From Heteronotia binoei (taxonomy: Eukaryota): a stretch of DNA of 64,000 nt. The DNA is taken from the NCBI RefSeq assembly GCF_032191835.1, contig NC_083223.1, positions 74,586,001-74,650,000 on the forward strand, in the 5' to 3' direction. How positions within the stretch are numbered: position 1 is the first letter of the stretch; each line of letters starts with the position of its first letter. Position numbers and translations under genes: made by a program. The notes below the pieces were generated by a model. That model worked only from the letters and a program-made list of their open reading frames with translations. It made no database searches and was not told the DNA's origin. Positions 1-13,093 of the stretch are shown here, piece after piece.

Positions 1-1465
1 AATTCCCAGCATGGTGTTGGCCTTTTTTATTGCAAACACACACTGTCTTGACATTTTCAGTGAGTTATCAACCGTGACCCCAAGATCTCTCTCTTGGTTA
101 GTCTCTGCCAATTCACACCCCATCAACTTGTATTTGTAGCTGGGATTCTTGGCCCCAATGTGCATTACTTTGCACTTGGCCACATTGAACCTCATCTGCC
201 ACGTTGACGCCCACTCACCCAGCCTCAACAGATCCCTTTGGAGTTCCTCACAATCCTCTCTGGTTCTCACCACCCTGAACAATTTAGTGTCATCTGCAAA
301 CTTAGCCACTTCACTGCTCACTCCCAACTCTAAATCATTTATGAACAAGTTAAAGAGCATGGGACCCAGTACCGAGCCCTGCGGCACCCCACTGCTTACC
401 GTCCTCCACTGCGAAGACTGCCCATTTATACTCACTCTCTGCTTCCTATTACTCAGCCAGTTTTTGATCCACAAGAGGACCTGTCCTTTTACTCCATGAT
501 TCTCAAGCTTTCTAAGGAGGAACTTTGATGAGGAACTTTATCAAAAGCTTTCTGGAAGTCAAGGTAAACAACATCTATCGGGTCTCCTTTGTCCACATGT
601 TTGTTCAGCCCCTCAAAGAAATGTAACAGGTTAGTGAGGCAAGATCTTCCCTTACAGAACCCATGCTGAGTCTTCCTCAATAACCCGTGTCCATCAATGT
701 GCTACTCATTCTGTCCTTGATAATGGTTTCTACCAACTTTCCCGGTATTGAAGTCAGACTGGCTGGCCTGAAGTTTCCTGGATCTCCTCTGGAACCCTTT
801 TTAAAGATGGGGGTGACATTTGCTACCTTCCAGTCCTCAGGAATGAAGGCAGATTTCAATGCAAGATTACAGATTTTTGTTAGAAGATCCACAAGTTCAA
901 CTTTGAGTTCTTTCAGAACTCTTGGATGTATGCCATCCGGACCTGGTGACTTATTAGTTTTTAATTCATCTATCAGGTGTAGGACCTCCTCTCTTGTCAC
1001 CTCAATCTGACTCAGGTCTTTCAACACCCCTTCCAAAATTAGTGGTTCTAGGGCGGACAAAAAGTTCTCATCTTCCACAGTGAAGATGGAGGCAAAAAAT
1101 TCATTCAGCTTCTCAGCCATTTCCCTATCCTCCTTCAGTAATCCTTTTACCCCATGGTCATCCAAGGGCCCCACTGCCTCCCTGGCTGGTTTCCTACTTT
1201 TAATATATTTGAATAAAGTTTTATTGTTGGTCTTTATGTTTTTTGCAATATGCTCCTCATTGTCCCTTTTTGCCTGCCTGATCACAGTCTTGCATTTGAT
1301 TTGCCACAGCTTGTGTTCCCTTTTACTAATCTCATTTGGACTGGTTTTCCACCGCTTAAAGGAGTCCTTCTTACCTTTTACAGCTTCCATTACTTTGTTT
1401 GTTAACCATGCAGGCCTTTTCTTATGCCTGTTTGTGTCTTTCCTAACTTGTGGTATGTATATTAT
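1..1465 (-). mobile_element. CR1 LINE ORF2 fragment (RT region), degenerate, runs off the window edge
   Basis: ORFs 677-1390 and 489-680 give NKSPGPDGIHPRVLKEL, WKVANVTPIFKKG, NFRPASLTS, QHGFCKGRSCLTNL and VVYLDFQKAFDKVPH, with frameshifts and stops. Confidence 0.95.
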
Positions 1466-2049
1466 CTGAACTCCCCTCCAATAGCTTACTGCACTGTTCC
1501 TGGCAATCTCTTAAACTCCTAAGTAGTGTTTTCAGAAGTGTGAGGATCTGCAGATGGACTGGCTGGAGTCCCTTGAGTACAACCCAATATGAAATGTAAG
1601 GAACCCTCTGTGTGTTACTTACCAGCTCCACAGGCAACATAAGCCTGCTATTGAAAGTTAAAGAGGCTTCATGGCTTATCTCTACTGTTCTGGCTTTTCC
1701 ATCCATTCTTTTCATTCCATCCTTGTGAGAACCCCATCCCTCCTCTAGCCAAGACACCTTTGGTTAGTGGTTAATAGGCAGTATCCCCTTTTACTGCCTA
1801 GGTGCCAAGGAGATCTGAAACTTGGAGAGTCTCATAAAAGCATGGGTACAGACTAGGGATGTGCAAAAATAAAAATTTGGTAGTACATGGATTCAGAAGT
1901 ATATGGAGGAAAAATACATAATCCCATATATTTCTGAATTCTGTAGTCGGAATAGCCGCATATACAGTAGATGCACGGCTATTTCTGAATATACGGCCCC
2001 ATTATACCCTATGGGCCGTGGAAACCAATGGCAAATAGGGTATATTTGA

Positions 2050-2790
2050 AGCCACCTGGAGGGGAGGGGGTTTGAGGGAGAGCCCCCAAATTTGCAGGGG
2101 ACCTGCAGTGGACCCTCCCCTACAAAACCCCAAAGTCCCAAAAAGATTGGGCCAGGGGGTTCCATTCCAGGGGCACCCAAAGAGGGTGCCCCTATTCCAC
2201 CATTATACCCTATGGACCATTGGCAACATAGGGCATAATTAGAGGCTACTGGGGGGCAGGGGGTTTGAGGGAGAGCCCCAAAAACTGCAGGGAACCTGCA
2301 GGGGACTCTCCACTACAAAACCCCCAAGTCCCAAAAAGATTGGGCCAGGGGGTCCCTGTCTTTGGGCTCCCCAAAAGGCCCATTGCCAACAATGATGGGG
2401 AAAGCCCAATTAGCCACTTCCTCCACAATAATTGCTGTGGGGAAAGTGGCTCTGGCCAGAGGGGAGTTTGAGGGAGAGGCCCCAAAACTGCAGGGCAGCT
2501 TCAGGGGACTCCCCAGCATGAAACCCCCTGGCCCAAAAAGACTGCACCCATCTGTGGGCACCCCAAAAGGAACACTGCTCCCAATGGTGAGAAAAAACCA
2601 ATTAGAGCCACTTCCTCACTGTAATTGTCGTGGGGAAAGTGGCTCTGGGGAGCAGGAAGTTTTGAGGAGAGCCCCCCAAACTGCTGTGCAGCTTCAGGGC
2701 ACTGTCCCACACAAAACCCACAAGGCCAAAAAAAAAATTGGACCAGGGGGTCCAATTCCTGGGGCACCCAAAGCCAAACCTAACTTCATA
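2050..2790. repeat. Diverged ~195-205-bp tandem repeat, 4 copies, inside the hAT element
   Basis: gggggtttgagggagagccccca-like anchor recurs near 2066, 2259, 2463 and 2657. Confidence 0.75.
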
Positions 2791-2959
2791 CCAGATAATC
2801 TCTATAGGACCCAAATGCACTACATCCCTCTATCTACTCTATGAACCTGCAGCCCTGGAACCAATATAAACCCAGTTGCCAACATCATTGCCACACAAAA
2901 CACAATCTGCTCAATATTTGCTCTGCAGACCTGACTGCAGCAAACCCAGATGCCAGGTC

Positions 2960-3300
2960 TCCAGCCCTGCCCCAAACAACATAAGGAGAGTTGGCCAAGC
3001 ACAACAAGTCTGCTGGTTCTGGGTCTCTCACCCAGGTGCCAGCTTCCCTGCCACAGAACACACAATCTACAGATGCCAGTTCTCCAGTCCTGCCCCAAAC
3101 CACACGGGGAGAGCTGGCCAAGCACAACAAGCATGCTGGTTCTGGGTCTCTCACCCAGGTGCCAGCTTCCCTGCCACAGAACACACAATCTACAGATGCC
3201 AGCTCTCCAGCCCTGCCCCAAACAACATGGGGAGAGCTGGCCAAGCACAACAAGCCTGCTGGTTCTGGGTCTCTCACCCAGGTGCCAGCTTCCCCCCCCC
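2960..3300. repeat. 123-bp tandem repeat, ~2.7 copies, inside the hAT element
   Basis: Unit ...ggccaagcacaacaag...gctggttctgggtctctcacccaggtgccagcttccc... recurs every 123 bp; explains the 41-aa repeats in the overlapping ORFs. Confidence 0.92.
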
Positions 3301-4960
3301 CACAAAACCAGAACCAGGAAAAGGGACAACAGGAGAAGGCCAAGAAACTCAACTGTTTAAAAAGTGGCCTTTAAAACAATTAAAATTAGGCCAAACAGCA
3401 CCCCCCCAAGAACCAGAACCAGAAGAGAAAAGGAACAACAGCAGCACAACACAGCAGCAACAAATCAAACACAGTATCCTTTTAAAACAGTAAAAAACTT
3501 AACTATTAACAATACAGGAACTTTACCAACCCCTCCCCCCCAAAAAAAACCTTCACCCTAACCCCAAGAAATCCAAGCCACCCAAATCAGGAAAAGTAAA
3601 AGGACACTGCACTTTTAAAAGTCCTCTCACTAAAGTAAGATATGGGCAAATTGGCAAAACCCCCCACCCCAGGCCCCCTCCCCCAGCAGAACCCCCTAAC
3701 CCCAAATAAGCTACCTACCATCCAAATCTGGATAAGTAAAGGGACTGAGTCTTAAAAAGTCCTTTTACCAACTAACATAAAAACAAGAACCCCAAGACTG
3801 TCTTACCTTAGACGACTTTCTACTCCAAGCAAGTCTGGTAAGGCTGAGAGAGAGCAGCAAGAGCTGAGGGCGAGGGCCAGCACAGCACAATCTCTCTCTC
3901 ACACCAACACACACCAACGCAGCAGCAATGGAGGAGTCCAGCCAGGCAGACTCCTTAAAAAGGTTCTCTGGCCCTACAGAGAGCAGTTTCAAAAAACAAC
4001 ACTGCTCTGTGATTGGCCAGACAACAGTGCTTACTTGGATACCCAAGTAAGCAAAAGATCAAAAGAACAACAATGTTGCTGATGGCTGGGGGATCAGCTA
4101 CACGCCAGCCCTGCAAAGCATGCATTTGCAATGCATTTTGCAAATGCATGCTTTGGATTGGCTGCTGGGGCTCCTCTTCCCCCTCCCCCCCCCTCTGATC
4201 CCAGGGAGGCTATGGGAGAGGCGGGAAAAGGCTACCAAAGGCGGGAAAGGAGGCAAGCAGCTCCCCTGAGGCTGCAGAAGCCCCTTTCCCGCCTTTTGCA
4301 TTGAATTCCGTATACTTCCGAATATATATACGGAAGTATACGGGGAGCCATACTCAGCTCCCGCATAATGGGCCCCAATTAAAATCGGCTGTATGCGATT
4401 CCATATACAGCCGAATCAGTAGTGATTCGGCGGTTGATTCGGTTTGGCCAAACCGAATGCACACCCCTAGTACAGACATGACACTGGAAAATTTCAGAGA
4501 AGAGGAACAGGGTGCTGGCATTAAAAACTAATTAAATGCCATCTTCCCCAGCTCAGGGTAATTCCATTCTCAATAACAAAAGGCTTTTCAACACTGGAAT
4601 ATCTTGGCATACTCCAGAGGTATCTGCCCAGCCTGAAGAAGTTGCTGTTTCATTAACCAATGCCTGGTTCCTCTTTTTTCCTTTTTTTACTCAATCAAGA
4701 AGGGCACTCAGATTGTTAATTTACATTCCATCCTGTTTCAGGAGCTATCTTAACTCACCCAGATTTTGGTGTTAAAGGAAATCCGGATCACTTCAGTCTA
4801 ATTAAAATACGTTAATCATGTTGCCTCACCCAGGATCTTTGTGCCCATTAATATTTGGCTCACAATAGCCTTATTGAGGTATTTCTCCCACTTTTTCTTG
4901 CCAAAGTTTGATAGCAGTTAACTTTAAGCCAGCTAATGAGATTCAATTTTTTTAAGGAAC

Positions 4961-5233
4961 AGAAGAAGGAGACTGCAGATTTATACCCTGCCCTTCTCTC
5001 TGAAGCAGAGACTCAGAGCGGCTTACATTTGTTATATCTTCTTCCTCCACAACAGACACACTGTGAGGTGCGTGGGGCTGAGAGGGTTCTCACAGCAGCT
5101 GCCCTTTCAAGGACAACTCCTATGAGAACTATGGCTGACCCAAGGCCATTCCAGCAGGTGCAAGTGGAGGAGTGGGGAATCAAACCCGGTTCTGCCAGAT
5201 AAGAGTCCACGCATTTAACCACTACACCAAACT
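4961..5233 (-). mobile_element. tRNA-derived squamate SINE (Squam3-like, gecko type)
   Basis: Minus-strand head agtttggtgtagtggttaaatg...ggtttgattcccc (A/B boxes) and (TTC)n-like tail; near-identical to copies at 30010 and 37348. Confidence 0.85.
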
Positions 5234-6229
5234 TGACCCAATCTAAAGCCAAGATGGCCCAAATCCCACCTACGTTGTGGATCTTCTGTCAATAAAAGAA
5301 GGACCCCATGGCTTAGCAAATGTTTTCTCAGGTTCCTGCTGAATCCCTGCTGTACTTCACAGGCTTTTTCCTCTTGCTTAGCCAGCTCCTTGCTCTGTTC
5401 CTTGGACCTCGGCTGCATTTGCCCCTGAACTTCTCCAGACTTCAAGACCAGGATTTCATGTCATATGCCCCTTCCCTAAAACTTCCCAATATCCTCTCTC
5501 CTACCTTTTATAAGGGCATTTTCACACATGCTAAATAATGTAGTTTCAGTTCACTTCAGCGACTGTTTGCAAGTGGATTTTGCCATTTCACATAGTGAAA
5601 TCCAGTTGCAAAGTGCATTGAAAGTGGGTTGAAAGTACATTGTATAGTGTGTGTGAAAGTGGTGTAAGTGCTGGGGTGGGGTGTGCACACATGTATAGTT
5701 ACTTAGAGACTTCCTCTAGTGCCTAGTGTAGGTTATTTACATTTTTATTCTTTTTATTTTATCTTATCTACAATAAAGTTGTTTGTGGTTACAATCATCT
5801 AAAGCTGAGCATGTCTGTATTCTTTTATATTAATTGGATTTCTGCATTCTTGCATTGCCACCTGAAAACTGTAAGCGTTGTTGAAGTAACTTGGTGAGTG
5901 ATCATACTGCTACTAAGTTTGGCATTTTATGTGTCTAGAAAGTTGTCCGTGTATTCTGAAACGATCACATTTTATTTCAGATGCAGAGATTAGTCAAAAA
6001 TAATCTCAAAGAGGGTCAAATCCCTTCAGGATGTCGGGAAACAATTTAAATCACAATCAATGGAAATTCAGAATATATACTGCAGATATGAAAACATATC
6101 ACCAAATGAAATAGGATCTCAGCATTGTTAATTACCAAAAACAAGGAAGACATAAAAGGCAAGAAATTTTCCTTTAAAAGCTAAGTTCTAGCAAACAAAA
6201 GTTGAAAATCCCCATGGTTTTTGTAAAGT

Positions 6230-7280
6230 AAAAAGACGTTTTGAAGTTTTTTTTTCAAGAGGATTAAACACAGAGATACAGGTGATCCACTAGACATTAT
6301 GTTCTTCGACTTCAAAAAAAGTTTTTGATAAAATCCCTGACCAAAGGCTCCATGGCAAACCACTGAATAAGAAGTCATGGAATAAGAAGAGTGTTGTTTG
6401 GGCCTGGAAAATGGTCAGGTGGTGGTAGTAGTAGTAGTAGAAGAAGGAGAAGAAAAAGAAGAACAGGAGGAGGAGGAGCTGGTTTTATACCCAGTTCTTC
6501 ACTACCTGAAGGAGTCTCAAAGTGGCTTACAATTGCCTTCCCTTCCACTCCCCTCAACAGAGACCCTGTGAGGTAGGTGGGACTGAGATAGTTCTGGGAG
6601 AAATGTGACTGACCCAAAGTGAATAGCTGGCTTCATGTGGAGGAGTGGGGAATCAAACACTGTTCTCCAGATCAGAGTCTGCCACTCTTAACCACTATAC
6701 CAAGCTGGCTCTTGGTTGGAGGAAGTGGATGGTCCTCACAGGGGAGGAAAGTAAGCAGTGGGTTTATGCAGAAATCAGTATTATGATATTTTAATTTGTT
6801 CCTAATTATTGCGAATTAGCAGTGATCAGCAAATTGGCCATCTTTGCAGATGACACCACACTTTTCAGATGGTAAAAATCAAAGCAGTTTGTGCATATCT
6901 TCAAAAGTACCTCTTGAAACTGGGTGAGAACATGACATATGAATTCAAGAAGGTTATAGTGGATAGTTCTATGAAAATATTTACTCAGAGTGTAACAGTG
7001 ATGTCAAAAAGTAGTTCTGTAGGAGGAGGCAGCTTTGGTTTTGTGACTCGCTGGTAGCTAGGGATGCTACAACGAATAAGTTTGTCACACAAAGTTACCA
7101 TATTAGATGGTGCCATTATGATAAACTGATCCTGAGATTAGTTTGCTAGCACAGCAAATATCCTTATGAACTGGTTGATGGCTGTGTGACAGTTTTCTTG
7201 CTATGAGCCATACTATTTGATTGAAATCTGGATATAAAAGATGGATTCAGTGTCCTGCTGGTCCAGGGTGTTCTGGGTCT
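6230..7280 (+). mobile_element. Old degenerate CR1 LINE RT fragment, interrupted by a SINE
   Basis: gatccactagacattatgttcttcgacttcaaaaaaagtttttgataaaatccct resembles the D.VYLDF.KAFDKVP coding region; tttgcagatgacacc encodes FADDT at ~6845. Confidence 0.65.
6440..6711 (-). mobile_element. tRNA-derived SINE (Squam3-like) inserted into an old CR1 fragment
   Basis: gagccagcttggtatagtggttaag head on the minus strand; purine-rich tail on plus. Confidence 0.8.
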
Positions 7281-7631
7281 GAGAAGGAGAGTTTGTGGAG
7301 TGGATCCCTGGAGCACTATAAGTATGCAAATTCAGGTGTGTACCCAGCCAGAAGCGGGAAAATGTTTTTGGCTGCATTAAGTGGCACTGGCAAGATAGCA
7401 GGGTATGTTTTTCTTAGAAACACACATGTAGTCTCTCTTAATTTTTAAATGGGGAGGGTGTTCACTAAGTTATTTCTTTGCAGCTACACTGAGGTCACCA
7501 TTCTAAAGCACCAGAATGGAAGAGATTTGTGAGTGACATGGGCTGTGAATGATGGAGGGATAAAGGAAGATGCTATTGCTAACTAGTGAGATGGAGAAAA
7601 CACAGCTCCCATGGTCACTTGTGAAACTGTG

Positions 7632-7892
7632 CATAAGAACATAAGAGCAGCCATGTTGGATCAGACCAATGGCCCATCCAGTCCAACACTCTGTGTCACA
7701 CAGTGGCCAAAAAACAGGCACCATCAAGAGGTCCATCAGTGGGGCCAGGACACTAGAAGCCCTCCCACTGTGCCCCCTTAAGCACCAAGGATACAGAGCA
7801 TCACTGCCCCAGACAGAGAGTTTCAACAATATGATATGGCTAATAGGCGTTGATGGACCTCTGCTCCATATGTTGATCCAATCCGTCTTGAA
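7632..7892 (-). mobile_element. CR1 LINE 3' end
   Basis: cataagaacataagag is the reverse complement of the CR1 8-nt terminal repeat; the body matches 60743-61000. Confidence 0.85.
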
Positions 7893-8364
7893 GCTGTCTA
7901 TGTTTTACATGTTTTACACAGCATGTATATGTGATGACCAATTATGTATATGTTATGCTAGATGTACAGCCACCCAGCAAATTTTGACAAATTGCTTGGC
8001 AAACACACAATCTGATCATTGATCAGTCAGGGGAATATTTATTACTGGTGATTGTAACAGAATCAGAATTCATCAGAGCTTGGATGTACTTGTAGACCAT
8101 CTGGATGCTTCTGGTTAACTGCTGTGTGAAATAGGATACTGACCTATAGATGGACCACTGGTATGATACAGACAGCTGTTCTTACATTCCTATGCAATAA
8201 CAGCATATACATTCTATACAACTGATTTTAGATGGTGCATGATCTGCCTATGATGATGAAAAATGTAAACATAAACCTGAAAAGCTAGTAAATTGTGAAC
8301 ATGTGTCAGCTGTGGCCTGAACACCTCTAGAAATAGAAGTGGTATAGTATGATTCACTTACCAA

Positions 8365-9161
8365 CAGGGCCAACACTAGGGAGTCAGCGAGATAGGCTAT
8401 CACCTAGAGTGCCATCTCACCTCAGGGATGGGCTCCCTCATGCCCCCAGTCTCAGCTGCATCCTATCCACCGCCCGCCTGCATGGGCCACTGCCTGTCCA
8501 CCAGACCCACCACCACCACCCAGGGGGGAGCCCCACATGGCCCAAGAGCCACCCCACTGCCACTCCAGGCAGGGCTACCCTTGCCAAACTTCGCACCCGC
8601 TGCCACCAGCAGCAGCAGGAGGAGGCAGAAGGAAGACAAGGCAGCTGCACTTACTCAGGCTCTGGCTGGCTGGCTGACCTGGTGGAGCAAGTGAGCAAAA
8701 ATGGGCGGGGAGTGAGCATACTCCTGACCTGCACAGCCAGCTCCATCTCCAGCCCCAAGCAGGGAAACCAGCCAGTGGGCTAATCTCTGAGCATGTGCAG
8801 AGGACCTGGCCTAGAGATGTGCACTTGGTGAGGCCACCACACCACTCCCCATCTGGTCAAGGGGCTTTACCTGGCGTGCCAAAGGGCTGCTGGCCTGGAA
8901 ACTGTTTCTGCCCCAGCAGCAACCCAAGGCCAGACTCTGCAGGACTTCAACCCAGGGTCAGCAGGGCGGAGGAGGGCAGGTGCACTGAGGAGCACTTGGT
9001 AGACATGCTAGCCACCTTCCTCCCTTCCTTTCCTTCTGGTAATGGCTGGTACAGGGCTCTGTATGGGCACTGGCCACATTTTTCCTGTTTTTAAAAAATG
9101 GTTGGCAGAGCGCAGGTAGGTAGCCCCGTCTAGGGTACCAAAAAGCCTGACACCAGCCCTG
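8365..9161. mobile_element. hAT-type MITE, ~800 bp, GC-rich
   Basis: cagggc...gccctg ends; TSD cttaccaa / cttaccat (7 of 8). Confidence 0.65.
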
Positions 9162-9491
9162 CTTACCATGAAATTCTAAGTGCTACCTAATTGGTGTATA
9201 CATGATGCCACAAACGAAAAGCTCATGAAATTCACACTGAACGGGGATTAATTGACACAAACTGCACTAAAATGGGAAATTGTCAAGGAATCTGAAAATC
9301 ACCTTAAAATACAGAAATTGCATTTATTATCTAAAAACAAAGGACAATCCTGCCCAGATGTTTACATTTCTATATAGTTAAATTCCACATAAATGCATAT
9401 TCTGAACTGTTAGAAATACATATTTTACACTGAGAAGTTACCTTTAAAACATATAGCAACAACATTTAGCCCCTGATACAAAGTGTGTATG

Positions 9492-10020
9492 TGTCATGTC
9501 TCAGGGCTCAGACAGGAGGGAGTCTAAAGCGGGTCAGAAGTCAAAGTTCAAGGAGTCAGTCAGGAGCCAAGTCACCACAGCAAAATCGCAAAGCAGAAGG
9601 AGAAGTCAGTGTCCAAAGCCAAAGGGTCAGGGTGCCAAGGAATTCAAACCAGTCAGGAACTGGAATCAGGAAGGAGCATGGATGCAAGCCAGGGAATCGA
9701 CTTGTTGCTTTCACAAGGTTGCCAAGTCCCGGGCGTGAGTTATATGTGAGCCTCAATCAGCCAGCTCCTTGAGTGGCCGTAGTTCTCCTAATATTCAGGG
9801 TTCATAAATCGGAAGCCTTGGCGCGCTGCACGTCTGCGTTCTGCCAGCGTCCGTTGAAGGCGGGTGCGCATTCTTGAGATGGGGGGGAGAGCTTGGAGGA
9901 GACTGATTGACAACAGCCAGCATGGGTGCCTGGAATGAGGAGGGTGTGATTGATGGGCCAGCTGCCGGCTCTTCCTGGTCTGTTAACCCTTCCAGCTCCC
10001 CCTCCTCAGGGCTCATGGCA
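9492..10020. mobile_element. Solo LTR (Gypsy-like), 529 bp
   Basis: tgtcatg...catggca termini (TG..CA with a short inverted repeat); flanks gtatg / atatg (4 of 5 TSD); CpG-rich interior. Confidence 0.7.
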
Positions 10021-10314
10021 ATATGCAACAGCCAGCAGGTTATAACTTTGTAAAAGAAGCTAGAATTGTACCTGCCAGCTGTTTCTTGCACAACGAGGCA
10101 CAGGAAAGGATAAGTGAATATAGTCTGCTCCCCGCTTCCTAAATAGCATGATCCCAAATTCCTTCTTGAGACTATAGTTCTGTAGCTCTGGCTACTGGAT
10201 TGGGCTCAAGGATCAAATATGCATTTCTCCAAAAGCTAATAATTAGGGCTGAAACAATTGGTAAGCACTTTTTTGGGGGGTCACCCCTGCTAAAATTACC
10301 TTTTGGGTCATTTT

Positions 10315-10352
<38 letters not shown>

Positions 10353-11138
10353 TAGGGTTGCCAAGTCCAATTAAAGAAAAACCTGGGGACTTTGGGGGTG
10401 GAGCCAGGAGACTTCGGGGGGTGGAGCCAGGAGACATTGGGGGTGGAGCCAAGAACAAGGATGTGACAAGCATAATTGAACTCCAAGGGAGTTCTGGCCA
10501 TCACATTTAAAGGGACAGCACACCTTTTAAAATTCCTTTCTTCCATAGGAAATAATGAAGTATAGGGGCACCATCTTTTGGGGCTCATAGAATTGGACCC
10601 TCTGGTCCAATCGTTTTGAAACTTGGGGGGTATTTTGGGGAGAGGCACTAGATGTTATACTAAAATTTTGGTGCCTCTACCTCAAAAAATAGCCCCCCCA
10701 GAGCCCCCAATACCAACGGATGAATTCCCTATTATTCCCTATGGGAATCGTTCTCCATAGGGAATAATAGAATGCCCAGTAGACATTTCCCTCCCCCCCA
10801 CACACTTTCTAAAAGGGGGGAGGGCCTCCAAACCAGGGAATCCCCTGCCCCCTCCCTCACACACACACACACTTACCAGATCTTCTTCCGGAGAACTCTT
10901 GCTGTGAAAGTGAAAGCAAAAGAAAGGACGGGGCTGTTCTCCCAAGCCCTTCCTGCTCCCTGCCCAGCCTTAAAGCGGCAGACATTTTACAAACGGCTCA
11001 GGAGCTCTATAATGAAGCCTACAGGTATGTTCTCCCCCCCCTCCACCCCCCACCCCCCGCTTCTCACTTCTTGAAGACCGGGAGATGAGGCTGCAAACCC
11101 AGGGGACTCCCGCCAGAGCGGGAGGGTTGGGAAGCCTA
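10353..11138. mobile_element. hAT-type MITE (tagggttgccaa TIR family) inserted in a (GA)n microsatellite
   Basis: TIR tagggttgccaa / ttgggaagccta; agagagag on both flanks; internal ggggtggagccaggaga repeats. Confidence 0.8.
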
Positions 11139-11174
<36 letters not shown>

Positions 11175-12872
11175 TATTGCATAGGATAAGAGTACTTGCC
11201 TAGTCAGAGTGAGCAGGAACAGTTCTCTCACTCTGGATTGGCATTTGAAGAAGCCATTTTGCTCTTTGGGAAAGATAAGCACATGCTTAGCTCTCACCTA
11301 TGTACATCATTGAAATTTATACATGCTTAATTTTGTCTGGGTTGTCCCCTATATGTTTAAGTCTGGTGCCAAATCTTTCTTAGAGGGCACTGGAAGAGTT
11401 ACATGTACTAAAATAATGCAATTAAAGTCTTAAAAGAGTTGCCACATGCAGCTCTTCAAAATAATGTGTCCTAGAACCCAGCAAAAATTAAAGAATTTTG
11501 AGAGAGAAAAAGGAACCACAAATTAAGTGAAAAAGAAATGAGTGGGGAAAAAAACCCCACAGATGGATGAAAGATGTGAAAATATTAGAAATCCTGCAGG
11601 GAAAGAGAGAGAGAGAGAGAGAGAAGGCAGCATGAAATAGGACAGCATTGAAAAAAAGCAACAGCAATGTAAATTTATTAAGACAGCAGAAGGAAGCTGG
11701 CAGAAAAACAGGAATAAAGATTTTTTTCAATGGCCATAAAATAAACTGAGATGTAAATGGGTCCAATTTTGTTTTGTTTTGTTTCATTGGCATACCCCCA
11801 ATAACTGTTATTGGTCACACTCCCTCATTTTAGTCTTGTATGTTTATGAATGTATGAATATTTTATTGAATTATTTTATATACTAGAAATAAGGCCCTTT
11901 GTGAGGAAAAATAAAAGGGGCTCTGGCAAGAGACTCTGGGCAAGTGCCCCCTCAACCTTGCTGTCTTCCTATCCACTCACCCAAATGGAGGCTTCCCTCC
12001 CCCCAACCTTAGTGTCTTCCCAGTCACCCAAGGCAGTCATTTTCTATAGGGAAATTGATCTGAATTCAGCTTTCCATTTCCTACCCACAGTCTCTAACCA
12101 AGAAAAGTACAGTCTTTCTCCACAGTGTGGACCAAAACAGCTTAAATCATTGTCCTCTCTCCCTTTTGAACTGCACAGCAACCCTGTGAGGTAGATTAGG
12201 CTGAAAATCTGTGACTGGTCCAAAATCACCTAGTGAGCCTCTGGAAATCACAGTGTGGACAAAAGCAGGAGGGATGTGACCTCAGCAGGCTATAATGACA
12301 CAGAGTCCATCCTGCAAAGCAGCCATTTTCTTCAGGAGATGTGATCTCTGCCATCTGGAGAGCAGATATAATTCTGAGTGATCTCCAGCCCTTATCTGGA
12401 GATTGGCAACAATGGTTTCCCAGGAGGAACCGGTTTGGAAGGTGGAGTGTTTGGTATTGTAACTGTCAGAGCTCCCACCTCTCCACAAATCCCACCCTCT
12501 CCAGACTCCATCTACCCCTCAAATCTCCAATATGGAGTTGGCAACCAGATCTTCTTCCTTTTATCTGCCCCTCTGACTTCAGCTTTCCCTCTCCTCTCCC
12601 TTCCCTGCAGCCTCTACCTAGGAAAACACAGTTTTTCTCCATAGTGTGAGGGAACCAAAGCAGCTTAGATCATTCTCTTCTTCCCCACTTTAATCTGCTC
12701 AATAACCCTATGAGGTAGGTTAGGCTGAAAGTCAGTGACTGGTCCTAAGTCACCCAACAAGCTTCCACAGCAAGAACCTGGATCTGGCAGACCCTATTCC
12801 GAAGCCCTTACTCCTATGCCATGCTGGCTGTCATTGGAGGGCTGCAACTGAACAGTAGCAAGCAGCCAGGCC

Positions 12873-13093
12873 TAGGGTAGCCAACCTCCAGGTAGAGCCT
12901 GAAGATCTCCTGGTATCACAACTGAACTCCAGATAACAGATCTCTCTTCCCCTGGATAAAATAGCTATTTTGGAGGGTGGACTCTATGCCATTATATTCA
13001 GCTGAGGCCTCAGCCTTCTCCAAACCCTGCCCTCCTCAAATTCCACCACAAAATCTCCAGGAACTTCCCACCAACATGGAACTGGCATCCCTA
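12873..13093. mobile_element. Short hAT-like MITE (tagggtagccaa...tggcatcccta); related copies at ~12290-12545 and ~39290-39510
   Basis: Terminal inverted repeat plus a shared ctccaggtagagcctgaagatctcc-type body; TSD decayed. Confidence 0.6.

Larger units (their letters stand above)
1854..4469. mobile_element. Non-autonomous hAT-type DNA transposon, 2.6 kb, with internal tandem repeats
   Basis: TIRs tagggatgtgca / tgcacacccta; perfect 8-bp TSD gtacagac (1846-1853 and 4470-4477); no transposase ORF. Confidence 0.88.

Noticed and set aside
2960-3300. Regularly spaced repeats as a CRISPR-like array
   Set aside because: Contiguous tandem units without unique spacers, in a vertebrate genome.
2820-3561. 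Several overlapping 130-205 aa ORFs with internal 41-aa repeats
   Set aside because: They arise from the 123-bp tandem repeat inside a hAT MITE, are open in many frames on both strands and show no recognisable domain.
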